Assembly: GCF_037042905.1 (NCBI RefSeq) | Contig: NW_026974140.1 | Span: 932,001-996,000 of the forward strand | Direction of reading: 5' to 3' | DNA: 64,000 bases | Source of the DNA: Lytechinus pictus | Taxonomy: Eukaryota | Shown: positions 50,615 through 64,000 of the stretch, piece by piece | Position numbering within the stretch: position 1 is the stretch's first letter | Layout: every line of letters starts with the position of its first letter | Position numbers and translations under genes: made by a program | The notes under the pieces: generated by a model | Seen by the model: the letters and a program-made list of their open reading frames with translations, nothing else | What the model was told of the DNA's origin: nothing | The model's database searches: none

Positions 50615-51229
50615 CTATATACAAGAAAAGAAATTAAGGAAATATGAGACAAAGCCAATAAGCTGAAAATAAAAAAAGTCTACAGGAATTTCTGGGAAAG
50701 ATGGAAAACAGGTCTATTTCACACAATTCAAAGGTGGTGATAAAGATCAGATTTATTTGTACTCGGTTAAAATGTTACAGGATCTGTTGAAAAGTTGATT
50801 CTTAATGTAAAAAAAATGCAATCAACTCAATTTCATACATAATTTTTAGATGGATGTTATATTACCTTTTTTCAATTCATGATTTGTTGATTATTTTTAT
50901 CTATAATGAACATAACAAAACATCCATGAAATATCGGACCACATAGTAGGATTAAAATAATATATAAAATAAACAAATATATATACATATAAAAAATATG
51001 TATAAAATATATTTAAAAAATAAATTAAAAAACGTGTCTACCCTACAGATTAGAATACCATAAGAAGAAATCTGCTTGTTTACAACAAAATACAAAACGA
51101 TCAGGCACTTAGCCTCTTGAATAAAAAAATGAATGAAAAAAAAACACTTAAATTGTTGGTTATTCATAGACCAACCTGTTATCAATCTTTTTCAATGTTC
51201 ATTAATGAATGTTCTGATTTGTTATATGC

Positions 51230-52385
51230 TAGATTGTATAAAGCATCTCCTCTTGTAATTGTTGGATATCTGAATGCATTTAGATAATATCTTGTCTCAA
51301 TACACTCAAAGATTCAATGATCTTGTCAACGACCATGGACTTTGTCAGTCGGTGACAACACCTACACACAATCAGGGTCTAAGGGGTACTTATCAGCACG
51401 CAGACTAGTTTAGGTGTTCAGGGCAAAGGCCCTAAAATGGCGAAATCTTATCTCTCATTCCATTCACAGTCAGTCCTCCTAAATGGTGTTACCTCTTCAT
51501 CTAGGCCATTGGTCTGCGGCGTCCCCATGGCTCTTTTGGAGGGCCCACTTTGTTTTCCATTTATTCGACAGGGCTTCGAGATATTTTCAAACGTCACTCT
51601 GTTCACTATCATTTGTATGGAGATGACATTCAGATTTTTTTACCGTTTTACCCAATCAAACTAGTGCCACACAAGCCCTGTAATCTTGAAAGCGGCATAC
51701 TAGTAATGGACATTGACACTTGGTTGAAGTCAAACTCGTTACTTTGGAACCATAGTAAATGTGAGTGTTTGGTCTTTGGCTCAAAGTTTCAACTTAACAA
51801 ATTCAACATTGATTCCATTTCTATCTCAAGCAATGACATCCCCTTGTCAAAATCATGTCGCAGTTTCGGGGGGGGGGGGGGTTATCATGTTTTATGTCCA
51901 ACCAGATTACAAACATTTGCAGATCAGTTCGTTATTGATTGCGCAATATTGGCTTCATAAGAAATATCTCACTTGCTTAGCAACAGAGAAACTGGTACAT
52001 TCACTCATTTCTTTACGATTAGTAATTTGGTAATAGCCTCCTTTACAACTTACCAGATTCTCAACTTGGGAAACTCCAAAGGTTGCAAAATGCAGCTGCT
52101 CATATTTAAACTCTATCTAGCAAGCGCCGCCACATCACCCCTGTATTGAAAACTTTTCACTGATTGCACTTGAAGGAACGCATACCAACCCTCAAGAAAT
52201 TTACGATCCTCATCATCTAATCTCTTACAAATTCCAGTTGCTAAGAAATCATGCAGGGAACCGGTCTTTGCTCATGCAGGGCCTAGCCTCAGGAATTTTC
52301 TCCCACAGAGTTTAAAAAACCCAGACTTCAGTGGCCACCTTCAAAGGCAACCTGAAAACATTCATGTATAAGAGTGCTTTTTGAT
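51230..52385 (+). mobile_element. Decayed L2-clade LINE ORF2 fragment
   Basis: SYLSFHSQSV...CGVP, HYHLYGDDIQI, TEKLVHSLISLRL, LQRLQNAAA, HITPVLK. Confidence 0.8.
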
Positions 52386-53749
52386 AGACATTGATAGACA
52401 TTGATTTATTGTTCAGACAAAAAAAAAACGCGGGTAAACCACATACGTTTTCAACCTCCCAGTCGTGCTAAAGAAATGAGTGTCTAGAACTTTTGGAACT
52501 CTTTTAGATGACTCTTTTGCTGATGTCTACTTGTTAACTACGTGTTGTGTATTGTCGTGATGTAGACATTAGAATTAATTACCCGTTAATCTGGTGGACA
52601 CGAGATTTTTTCCATCTAATGTGGACTTATACTTCGGATTAATCGTTCAATTTTTTTTTTCGACATATATGTTGTACAATACTGCTACAGTCCGGCCTGG
52701 ACAATTTGGAGTTGCTTCGTTCTGGGTACGTTATCTACTTATTCCCGCGGTGTAAAGGATTTGCCTTTATGACACTTTCTTCTTATTTATATATTACGTA
52801 ACAATCTAGTAATGCCTAATAGCGAGCGGAAGCTAAGATCCGGGACTCGTTCTCATTCATCTGAGCCTCGCACGCCACAGTCCACTGCCCATTTTGATAG
52901 CTTTTTACAAAGCCCAGCGTATCTTGACCGCATTAACTCCATTGTACAAAAGGCAGTTGCTATGGCGATGGAGCGTGAGCGTATACAACTCCATGACAAT
53001 TTGACCTCAGGAATAACATACTAAAAATCTACCAAAATCTGCATCCGGGAAGATGGTTATTTTAAGATGGCGTCCAAGATGGCCGCCATTTACTGAAAAT
53101 TGATACAACAGACTCATTATCCACCCTAGAATCCTATTTCGGTTCATAATCCATGATCTAGGGGTAAAAAAAATGTTGATACAGGCTAAAGTGAATCATA
53201 AGCCCTCCAGTGTACCTGGCAAATCCAAGATGGCGACCAAAATGGCTGCCGTAGACTGAAAATCCACAATTCGTCTAAGTGGCTTTAATTTGGTTTTTAT
53301 TCAATGGTTTTAAAGGTGAGGTAATACATTGGAACAAGTTACAAGAGCAGCCAGTGGTCTGGTGTGTCCAAAAATCCAAGAAATGTTCATTGAACCGTGA
53401 ACTTATGAATATTGTTGAAGATACTCTTCCCAAAAATAATTGTCATCATATTCGATCATTTTTATTGATAAAAATGTGTAGAAAATTAACTGTTTAACAA
53501 CGTCTTTCCGAGTGGGGGCAAGACCCCAAAGGCCAAATCCCCGAACAAAATGTAAACACCTGTAACCTTATGTAATTTGCCGTACAAATTCATTCAGGGT
53601 CTACAGGGGCTGCGAAATGGTTTTTAAAGTGGGGGGGATGCAAAAAATCACAATCATATGGTCATTTTTACGTTCTTGTACACGGTCTTGCAAAAAAAGG
53701 TGGTGCTGAAGACACCCCCCCCCCCTTCCGCTTTCGCGGCCCCTGGTCT

Positions 53750-54812
53750 ATATTCTTTAAATTGACCATTTAGGACGCTTGAATTAATTCTAACCCAGGA
53801 ACCAGCGTGACTTAAGTTGAACTCCCGTCGCAAGTTTATTATATGAAGTTTATTGATGTTGTTTAATTTCAGAAGTTTCTGGGAATGAAATAAAGATTTC
53901 GTGTCTGTTGGTGGTATGATGTCGTTCTCAGAAATTATACGCACAATTTTTTTTTGAAGGGAACATAATTTTTTAAGATCGGTTTGGTATGTGTTAGCCC
54001 AGACCAAATTACAATAATAAAAATATGGCAGGATTAGAGAGCAATATAATGTACGTAGGACCGGTTTAGGAAGATAAAAGCTTAGGCGATATATAATTCC
54101 AATATTTTTCGCTATCTTGTTTTCAATTTCATTTATGTGATGTGACCAAGTTAAATTACTGTCAATGATAATACCAAGAAATTTTGTGTTTTCAACTCTG
54201 GGAATAATTTGGTTATTAAGCCTAACTTCTACATGATTAAAATCTACATGCCTTGTAGAGTTACGGAATATAATGTAATTGCATTTTTTATAATTGATTG
54301 TGAGTTTATTTCAACAGAACCATTTACAGACATTACTCAATTCGGTATTAACAATTTCACACAAGTGGTAAAGATATTTATCAGAATAAACTATGTTTGT
54401 ATCGTCAGCATACATGATAAAGGAAAAAAAGTTTGATGACCGATATATGTCGTTGATAAATAAAATAAATAAGAGCGGGCCAAGTAATGACCCCTGTGGA
54501 ACTCCGCATGTAATTGTCCTATATTCGGACTGAACAGAGTTATATAAAGTACATTGCTTACGATTTAAGAGGTACTAGATACTACGATACTAGAGAAAAG
54601 ATCAAGGGCAGTCCCACGAATACCATAGTTATTCAGTTTTGATAAAAGTATAGTATGATCAATCGTGTCAAACGCTTTTGACAGGTCAATGAATATTCCA
54701 ATCGCGAATGAATCGCGTTCAAAAGAGTCAATAATTTTATTTGTTAATCCAATGAGAGCCAGTTCTGTTGAATGGTCACTACGAAAACCGTATTGATATT
54801 TAAAAGGACAAT
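53750..54812 (-). mobile_element. Decayed CR1/Crack-like LINE reverse-transcriptase fragment
   Basis: YQYGFRSDHSTELAL, IFIDLSKAFDTIDH, YGIRG, CGVPQGSLLGPLLF, YADDT, KFLG, VWANTY...LQKKIVRII. Confidence 0.85.
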
Positions 54813-54814
54813 TA

Positions 54815-55065
54815 TTATAATAGTATAATAGTAACTCTGAGATGAAAAGGCACAGGTTGGTGATCATGGTGTCAAAATGCACAGATTCTTACCATAAGAT
54901 CAAATAAAATTAAGTACCTAGAATGCACATTCACCCATAAAATTTAAGGCCAAAGGTCAATGTACTTTTTAACATTAGATAATAATAATGGTATCTCTGA
55001 GATAAAACACCGCAGGTTGGTGATCTTGGTGCCAAAATGCAAAGATTTGTACAAGATCAGAAGAA

Positions 55066-55108
<43 letters not shown>

Positions 55109-55118
55109 AACATATATA

Positions 55119-55162
<44 letters not shown>

Positions 55163-57748
55163 CATATATATAATATGTATGACATAAAAATAACAAAAAA
55201 ATTACCCTTTGTTTTCATATTTTATTTACGGTAAATAATGTAAATAAAGATGGCTAATTTGCAATGAAAACATGGAGGTTTCATAATTTCAGACTGAAAT
55301 AATGAAGGTCATGGAGAATGTATTTAGGGGTCAGAGGTCAATGAACCCTGTCCAAAATATCAGTGGAAATTAAGTTAACAAAAAGTTGATAACCAAATAA
55401 CACTTCTTCATATACTGCCTGCGTTGCCAAAAGCAATGAAAAAAAATGAAATCAAGTATATAATTTGAAATGATTTTTATCTTAAGTAGCAGCATTTAAT
55501 GTATCATAATATCTAAATCAAAGATGTGTATTTTTCCCTCCAGAGATAGGCCACTCACCTCAATGCTATTATAAATACTATAGACTATTATCTTAATCTT
55601 CTGAAAATGGATAGAATAGGTCTAACTCTCATGTCACAGCTAGCATCATCTGAGAGCATTTCCAAACAGCAGAGGAATGATGATGAAGATGAAATAAAGG
55701 CCATCATTAGACATGTTAGAGCTGCAGCTTCTGTCATACATGTAGTAAATGGCATGTATATCAATTCAACAAAGATGAATACCCGTATTATTATTAATTA
55801 CCTATCATTGCGAGCTGTCAGAATCTCTTGAGATGCTGATGCTGCAGGACAAATCTTCATATCTGCTCTCTATGTATCAGTTTGTACAAGGATCATGTAT
55901 TTGGTCTAGAACAACTGATTGTATGCACAAATTAGGCAAATAATAATGAAATTCAAAAGGGGTTTAAATAGCTTACAAGTACACATCCATCGGCCTAACA
56001 AAACTCCTACAGCACCACTTCCAGTTCTTGAGAATCAAGCTGTGCAACATATCAGTAATAATATAGACCCTGGTCTGATATCCCTTGACAGAACGTTAGG
56101 CTTTCATTGAATGGGCCAGATCAAAGTCCTGTAAATGTCAGAAGGTTTTCAAGAGTTTAGTTACTCTTCGTTGAAGTTGAGACAACATCATTTACTATGA
56201 CAAAAGCTGCAGCTCTAATGATTGCCTTATTTTAATTCTTCAAAATTGCCTCTGGCTATATGAAAATGTTCTCTGATAATGCTTGCCATACAAGTTAGGC
56301 CTATCATTTCCATTTACAGATTAATTTACAGTTTTATAGTATTGATTGTAGCATTTGAGGTTAGTGACCTATCGCTACAGAGAAATTAGTAACTTGATTT
56401 AGATTCATGAAATGCATATCTAAATGCTGCTACTCTAGACAACTTCACCATATCAAATTATATCATACATGATTTTTTTATACATTTTTGGCAATGTATT
56501 ACTACACTATATATCAAAAAGTGCTATTTGATCTCAATTTCACCTGGTACTTGTATTTTGACATCATCATTGGGCAAGGATACAACTATTAAATTTGTGT
56601 TCATTTTCCACGCAGGTCAGTCTTTTCCCCATCGGAATCAATATACCTACATGCCACAATCACGTTATGTCGACATATTTACTTAAATTCCCTGACGTTA
56701 TTGACATAGTTGATTGACCTCTTACCCCTAAATATATTTTCCATGGCCATTTTTTATCCTTATTTCAGAGTGAAATTATTAAACATCCAAGTTTTCATTA
56801 CAAATAGCTATCTTTCTTTCTATTATTCACAAATTAAATGTGAATATAATGGATTAATTTCTTTTTTGGGGGGAATCATGCATGGATATATAAATGTTAA
56901 TTAACTTTTGACCTTTGACGTTAGATATCAAAGGTGAAGTATTATTCTTTATGATTTGTTTGTGCCTTTTTATCTTCTTGCAAAAAATTGATTTTTGACA
57001 CCAAAATCACCAACATGCAGCGTTGTATCTCAGAGATACCATTATACGATATATAGCCTATGTAAAAAGGTCATTGACCTCTGACCTTAAACTTTATGAA
57101 TTAATATGCATTCTAGGTGATTAACTTTATCTTATTTGACCTTCCTGTAAGAATCTGTGCATTATGACACAACAATCACCAACCTGTGCCGTTTCATCTC
57201 AGAGATACTATTATACAGTATGATACATAATGTAAAAAAAGTCATTGACCTTTGAAAGGCTTTTACCTTGAATGTTATTGTTTAATGTGCATTCTGGGTA
57301 CTTAATTTTATTTTATTTGATCTTCCTGTGAGAACCTCTGCATTTTGACACCAGGTTCACCAACCTGCGCATTTTCATCTCAGAGATACCATTATGCCGT
57401 ATATGGTATATAATGTAAAAAATGTCATTGACCTTTGAAAGGCTTTGACCTTGAATTTCATGGGTGAATGAGCATTGTAGATACTTCATTTGGTTTTATT
57501 TGATCTTGTAAGAATCTGTGCATTGTGACACCATGATCACCAACCTGTAATATTTTATCTGGGAGATACCATGATACACTATATTTATAAAGGTCATTGA
57601 CCTTTGACCTTGAAAAAAAAAACACTTTCCCAACCCGTATTCCTCCTTACTTTTTTTGGTAAATGTTGACACCCATACCTACTCAAATCAGTCAAAAAAC
57701 CATTTCCAATAATTTTATTCCAGATGGTTACTAATTACGGGATACTAG
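54815..57748. mobile_element. Long foldback-like element with subterminal tandem repeats, left end truncated
   Basis: ctctgagatgaaaaggcacaggttggtgatc (54836) is inverted to gatcaccaacctg...atctcagagatac units (57000-57600). ~55590-55750 is inverted to ~56190-56325. The candidate right end is ...gggatacta. Confidence 0.65.
55068..55172. repeat. (TA)n microsatellite
   Basis: Directly visible. Confidence 0.95.
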
Positions 57749-58794
57749 TTACTGCCATTCTTGTCAAAAGGGCGGAACGACCTCTTACAGGTTGAGATCT
57801 GAAGTAATTAAATGTACCAACATCTATTGAAAACTGATCAGTGAGATGACTATAGTATGACACTCGATTGAGTCAATGATTTCTTTGAATCAGCTTCATG
57901 TAAAAAGGGACTAGTGAAAGTTCCATCAATCAAAGTATACATCTCATCACAATTGTTTCGGCATTTACATATCTTGATTTATTTATGCATATTATATATT
58001 CCATTTATGATATTTTTTTTTTTAATATAAAAAAAACTGAACTATACTATCATCATTTGTATGTATATTATACAAATAATGCACATTGTAAGTGTTATTG
58101 TGGCAATGATGCGCACTCAAAAGTATCAACAATGTGTGACAGGCATGAGGCGCTTGTCGATGTTTTTTGTATGTAAAACCCCGAAATGACTGGTTCACCA
58201 AAAACATCACCAAATTTTACATTCTTGAACCTGTTTTATAATAACACATATCATTACAATGATATGTATTGCTATAATGATGAAGGTTGATCATTCTGAT
58301 GACCTGTATGAAAATTAAATGTATCTCTCTATATATAATTTTTTTCCCATTTCATTAACAAATAAACAATTCAAAGGAAAAGATAAATTCTTCCATTCCA
58401 TAAAGCATTGATGTTTCATGTTGAGTCAGACATGACTTGAAGGGTCAGGTTAATTTTCCCTCAACAGTTTTCAATGAGAGAAAAAGTGCTCACAAATTAT
58501 TTTGTCCAAAAGCATTTATTCAAATGATTAGGCAAAAATATTCTTGAAAGGGAAGTAAACTTGGTTTTTGTAATTTGTGATTATATATAAGCACTTGTCT
58601 AATACAATAATTGTGAGCATCCTCAAAGTGAAATAAACAAGAAGGGTATAATGAATTTGTAATTAATGCCAATGTAAGGGGCAAGTCCACCTAATAAACT
58701 AAATGTTGTTTTGAAGAAATATGAATAAAATAAAAGAATGAAAACTCTGCAAAGTTCATCAAAATCGGAGATGAAACAAGGCAGTTAGGAGGAT

Positions 58795-59033
58795 TCAATC
58801 CTTATAGGAGGAAAGAGCTGCCTTGAGCTGAACTTCTTTCGTTTTCTTATTGACTTTGCTGATTTCCATCTTATATTCATGTTCAATTGCCATGGTTCTC
58901 TTCTTCCGACAATTCAACAAATCTTGTTTCACTTGAGCGGGATGTTGGTTTGGGCCCGGTGTTGTGTTGGTAATTAGTTGTACATCCCCTCTTTAATCCG
59001 CGAGGCTGCGGTCTTGGAGTTCTTTCTTCATGA
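58795..59033 (-). pseudogene. Probable last exon of the Myb/SANT pseudogene (coiled-coil tail)
   Basis: The acceptor ttctctcctag|T CAT GAA is phase-compatible with the exon 1 donor. The sequence reads ...RFVELSEE/IEHEYKMEISKVNKKTKEVQLKAAL with one frameshift. Confidence 0.6.
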
Positions 59034-61141
59034 CTAGGAGAGAACATCAAAATGCATATTAAGAAATGTACCTCTTGTTTATTCAAAGAAAAAGGTCATC
59101 ATCATGATCTTTGGATGTAGAAGGAATGATAAAAAATGTATATTTATATGTATACATGTATACATTGACTTGAATGAGTTTTATTTAACATAATTCATGT
59201 TTCAGAATCATTTGTTGAACTGAAATTTGTTAAAATGTGTTGTATTCTACATACTAATTTATATGCAACATGTACATGAAATCGGTATAATGAAAGTTTG
59301 AAAAATTTACTAAAAATTTAAATAAAATTCAATAAAAATTTGCACGAAATCCTTTAATATTCTTTTACAAAATGCAAAAGCTTGCTCAATTCGCTCTCTT
59401 GCATTCAAATTGTTTTTTACGAAAAAAATGTATGTAACGGTGTCTTGCCACCGGGAATAATTTCTGCGTATGTCCGTTATCGCATTGAATGCAATTAACC
59501 AATGGAACTCCTACTCATTGAAAAAGTTTATCAATACTAAAAAAATATTTGTATATATCTAAGATATTAATCAAATACATGCAGGCCTGTGGCCCTAGGA
59601 TTTAAATGGGGTTCGAGCAGCACACTACAAATGTTGGTCACCCCCTTCATGATTTTATTTTGACTCGAAGCTCGACCTTGGGCAAAATATTTCCCTACCG
59701 CCCCCTTCTTTTCGTGATTTTTTTTTGTACAAGCTCGGCCTTGGGCAAAAGGTCTCACCACCCCCAACCCCCTCCCATTGCAATTTTTTTCGATTCTCGA
59801 GTTGGGACAAAATCCTTCTTTGTAATATTTTTTGGGGTCTTCCGCAAAATTTCAGGGGGTTCAATTTTACCCACAGGACGTACCCCATTTTCGTTTGAAA
59901 AAAATATCAAACATTCAAAAATCCCCCAAAGTCCACCCCTTCCCCCTACTTGCATTTTTTTGATAATCGAGCTGGGACAAAATCCTTCTTTCAAATATTT
60001 TTGGGGTCCTTCCGCAAAAATTCAGGGGGTTCAATTTCACCCACAGGACGTACCTCATTTCCCTTCTTCTCCAAGGGAATAAATTCAAATAATCTATCTC
60101 TCTCCTTTTCTTCATTGGAATAAGAGTCATGAAGCTGTTTTAGGGTGAATTAAAAGGAGTGAGCATTTAAAAACCTATAATAAATTCATTTTAAAAGTAC
60201 ACACTTAAATCAAATTTACTAATCAGCTAGGAATATGAAATCACTTTTACTCGGTGACCATCTGTATTCCACCAACTTGGATACCCCCCCCCCCCCAGGA
60301 AATTATTGATGATTCATATAACCTTTTATAACTTCAGCCTCTCAATAATGTGGAATGGGTAATGTTCACACGTTCCTCCTTATTTATTTTAATAAATGCT
60401 TGGGAGTTGAATTGACGTTTGTTAATAACTTTCATTATGACGGTGATTTTTTTCCTATTTGGTTATTTTTGCTCTTTCTCTCTCATTAATTTTGATGGAC
60501 ATCATTATAGGCTTTCGTGATAAGTTCATATCTTATTTTGAATTTATCATTTTACTTCAAGTTTATAACAAACATGACGCTCTGAATCAAACAATCTGAA
60601 TCTGCGCAATGGATATATATGCAAATTAATAGTTGAACTTAGCTTTTTACTAACTTTGACATCTTTGGCCGGCCGGCTGGCTGCTAACTTACTTTGTTGT
60701 AGGCTTCATATTTTAAAAGAGCGAAATTCTACATTGCTAATGTAAGTAGTTCATTGAGCATATTCTTCATACTAGCAACTAGAATGAAATGTGATGATAT
60801 TGTAAGGAAATTTGCCAATTGATTAGATTACCGAACCCGGGACTATAAACCCTAATTTTGCAGTGATCGTCAACCTTCGACAAACTGAGTCAGTGCATTC
60901 CGAAGTTCCAGGCGGCAAGCTCGTTCGCTAGCGATGGTATTAAAATTTATAACATGGATTGCAATGGATTGGGCTGAACTCGGACGAGAGACGATGAGCA
61001 GACGATCGTGATTTGATTTTACCCTATTTTTTTGTTTGGAAATTTCAGACAGCATTTCATATTTATTAAACATTCATATTGTTTGAGCTGAGGATACATG
61101 TAGTCCTAGAGAATGTTGATTTAAACCATAAATGGACTTAC

Positions 61142-61604
61142 TCATGAATGTTGTTAGTGGCACGACCTGTTGTCAGCATGGCACTGAGCGATCAAAATGC
61201 GATGTTTTCGGCTGCGATGTCTTTGTCGTCGTCGAATTGGTTCCTATATTGCGCAAAATCCAGTGGGCAGAGCTCCTTTACAACCATGCTAAAATGACTA
61301 GGCTCAGGTGGAGGTGGACCTCCGCCAGTCTTTCTAGAATATTTAATGTAATTTGAATATTCTTTCTTGGCATTGAGCCTCATCCTCTTCCACTGATCCT
61401 TGATCTGATGGGTGCTCCACTTTGCACCATATTTTAAGTGGAATTTTGTTGCTAACTCATTCCATGCAGCTGTTTTTTTTTCACATTACTTAGGTAATCT
61501 GTCTTCCTACAAAGAAGAATTTCCTTTCTCTCTGTTATTAGCTCGAAGAGGAGGTTTCTCTCCGCTGTTTTCCAATTTCCCTTGGCTCTTTCCTTTCCAG
61601 CTAT
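61142..61604 (-). pseudogene. Myb/SANT-like DNA-binding protein (MSANTD3-type, Harbinger accessory gene), exon 1
   Basis: AGKERAKGNWKTAERNLLFELITERKEILLCRKTD..VKK/AAWNELATKF...QIKDQWKRMRLNAKK...KTGGGP. There is a frameshift in an A9 run (~61473-61481) and an in-frame TGA at 61192-61194. The donor is GA|gtaagt at 61141. Confidence 0.85.
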
Positions 61605-61693
61605 AACACACCTAACCTCCACCATTTGGGATGTAGCAGACAGCATCTGATCTACTGAGCATGCTCAGTAGGAAAAAAACCCATGGTTTAGAC

Positions 61694-63227
61694 CAGGGTG
61701 ACCAGACGTCCCGTATTTCCCGGGATCGTCCCGTATTTTGCTCCTTTGTCCCGGCGTCCCGACTATTTGTCCCGTATTTCAGCATATTGAACAAAATATA
61801 CATAATTATAAAAGTGACGAATTTTCATCAAATAATCAACAGATGACGAAGCAGAGACAACAATAAAATTTACTGTGAACTTTTGCGAGTTCTGCATGCG
61901 GTGATTTTCTTGCTAACCCAATACATTACATTGCAAATGAACTGGCCTCCTGCCTGTGTGTGGCAGGCTATACTAACTAGGCATGTAGGATCGGAGCAGA
62001 TTCTCAATGGTGCAACAATCTCACATGATAAACAGTTTTTCCACCAAAATAATCACAAAATCGGCGGGAATTTTTTTTAATTGTATTATGGATTCTCAGA
62101 TTACTGATTTGGAGATGTAATCGGAGGAACAAGTGATTAATTTTTCATAACTAGATCTAGTTGTTTCGGCTTTCGTTTGAGTCTTGTTCCTGGCCTTGTT
62201 GTGATCGATACGAACTTGAAATGGAATGGGAGATATGCCTGTATGATGCCGCGATGTTTCATCTAATTTTGAAGTTTGACAATGTTTGACTTAGATATTT
62301 TATTCATTTCTAAAACATTTTAGTATTTTTAAATTTAAAAAATACATTAAAAAACACCAAATATCATTATGAATTTTGTTAAATGATTGGAGTTTTTGTT
62401 TGCTTGAAGTTTGAACTTTTTTGTTCTTACTTTCTTTTCTATCCTTCTTTCCTCATCCTTTTATCCTTCCTGCTTAATTGCCCCTTTTTGTTCCAACTAA
62501 CTTTATTTCCCATCTTCCTTTCCTGATCATTTCTCTCTGTGTTCATTTTTCTTTCTTTCCTTAATCGTTTCTTTGCTAATTCCTTCTCCCTTCCTCTCCT
62601 TTTTTTCGTTCTTTCTCTCCACCCATTACTTTTTTTCTTTTCTTCTCCCTTCATTCTTTCCTCCCTCTCCTTCATCCTTTCTTTTATTTTTTATTTTATG
62701 TTTCCTTCTATTTTTTTCCATTATCCCTTTCTTTCCCTCCCTTCCTTCCTTCCTGTTTTTTTTTTCTTTCTTTCAAAGAATGAAGGACTTTTCTTTCTTT
62801 CATTTTTCTTTCCTCCTCCTTTTTTCTTACTTTCTTTTTTTTTTCCTTTCTCTCCTTTATTTCTTTCACATATTTATTCATCTTCCCTTCCTTTCTTTTT
62901 CTTTCTTTCTATATTCATTTCAAAGAATGACGGAAACCTTTATTCTTTCTTTCAGCCTTTTATTCTTACTTTCTTTTTATTTTTTTCTTATTTCCTTCAT
63001 TTTCCCCTTCATTTTTTTCTTTCTTTCTTCTCAATTCATCTTTTTTGTTCGTCTTTTCTTTCTCTCCTTCATCATTTCGTTCACCCCCTTTCAATTCCCT
63101 ACATTTTTTTCACAAGTCTAACACCGTGTATAGCCTTCTTTGTTGATCTTTTTTATTCTGGCTCGGTCGTTCAGCTCGTGCAGCGTCGATTGTCCCGTAT
63201 TTCATTTTGTGAAATCTGGTCACCCTG
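61694..63227. mobile_element. Non-autonomous hAT element (1534 bp)
   Basis: gtttagac|CAGGGTGACCAGA ... TCTGGTCACCCTG|gtttagac: perfect 13-bp TIR and 8-bp TSD. Subterminal gtcccgtat motifs and an internal polypyrimidine tract (~62420-63110). Confidence 0.92.
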
Positions 63228-63365
63228 GTTTAGACCATGGTCTAAATTTAGACCATGGTTTAAATTTAGACTGTGGTTTAAACCATGGTTTAAAGAAACC
63301 ACCATTTGTGAATCAGGAGGGGGTTTAAACCCATGGGGGGTTAATTTCTTTTGTGAATACCGACC

Positions 63366-64000
63366 TTACAATTTAAACACGTGTAGATCAAGTAATGATC
63401 ACTAATATGGGTTCTTTTTACACCTGTGGAGTTGTGCTCATCCGTACATGTTGAATACATATGATCTATAAGTGTTTTAGAATACTGGGTCACACGAGTA
63501 AGTGATCTGATTAACTGCGACATGAGGGAACCCTGCATAACTGATAAAATGATTTGCGATGCAGAATCTAGATTCTCACAATGTAAGTCACAGTTGAGAT
63601 CGCCTATTACTACTAGTTCACAATCAAGACCTAAAGCTTTACTCATCATCACAGACACTGAATCGGACAAATCAGCTCGAGAGTTTGGGGACGATATAAA
63701 ACACATAATAGAAGAGATGCTCCCTTCCGCAATTTGGTCCTTATCCAAATCGTTTAAGATCCAAAGTCAAGTTCTTTTAAGTGTTGATATGAGAGAGTGT
63801 TTTTTACATTAACCATCACACCCCCACCATGTCTAGTTCTATCTCTCCTGAGCATGTCATAACCATCAATTTTCAGCTTATTGTCACTTACAGAATTGTC
63901 ACAATGGGTCTCAGTAAGAACGATTATATCAAATTGAAATAAAAACTTGAATTCATCTAACTTATTCGGTAAGGAGTTTATAATCAAATTACAGACTCTT
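63366..64000 (-). mobile_element. CR1/L2-group LINE APE endonuclease fragment
   Basis: INSLPNKLDE, DIIVLTETH, RRDR...GGGV, VIGDLNCD, TRVT...TLIDH, ISDHYLI. Confidence 0.88.

Larger units (their letters stand above)
58795..63365. mobile_element. PIF/Harbinger transposon remnant (right end present, left end not found)
   Basis: Terminus cttttgtgaataccgacc|tta (TWA target), subterminal aaaccatggttt/agaccatggtct palindromes, and the Myb/SANT gene. Confidence 0.7.

Noticed and set aside
57985..58176. ORF containing CYCGND, reminiscent of a WSC domain
   Set aside because: It is on the opposite strand to the WSCD-like exons, lacks the remaining WSC cysteine and glycine pattern, and has no convincing splice sites.
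62439..63405. 288-aa Phe/Leu/Ser-rich 'membrane protein' ORF
   Set aside because: A polypyrimidine tract inside a hAT element. The same artefact occurs at 32182-32707 and 30737-30982.
53750..64000. APE fragment (63366-64000) and RT fragment (53750-54812) as one interrupted LINE
   Set aside because: Strand and order are compatible, but the linker region is missing and no shared TSD or junction evidence is visible.

Overview
AT-rich, repeat-dense animal (eukaryotic) genomic DNA, most likely a sea urchin or other echinoderm. That assignment is inferred from Tsp-like Helentron arrays, TTAA-flanked Kolobok-type repeats and a Nin/Deu-type SINE. The only clear host gene is a minus-strand WSCD1/WSCD2-like sulfotransferase. 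Two consecutive, phase-compatible exons are visible (50614-50441 with the 5'-PAPS motif SFPGSGNTF, and 466-278 with VKTH...LLVRNPY), apparently joined by one ~50 kb intron made mostly of nested mobile DNA. That intron holds a full-length Tx1/L1-clade LINE split just after its YADD motif by a 4.7 kb Academ-type transposon, and a 7.3 kb CACTA/EnSpm-type element with satellite ends and internal exon-like segments. It also holds a 2.2 kb nested palindrome, Helentron arrays, many MITEs, an LTR with a tRNA-Gln primer site, and tiny TSD-flanked palindromes that resemble P-element excision footprints. Upstream of the exons (higher coordinates) lie LINE fragments, a foldback element and a Harbinger remnant with a two-exon Myb/SANT pseudogene and a hAT insertion. 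Family names come from terminal, TSD and protein motifs read by eye; no database search was run. No clearly new biological system could be established, and the candidates are listed as findings.
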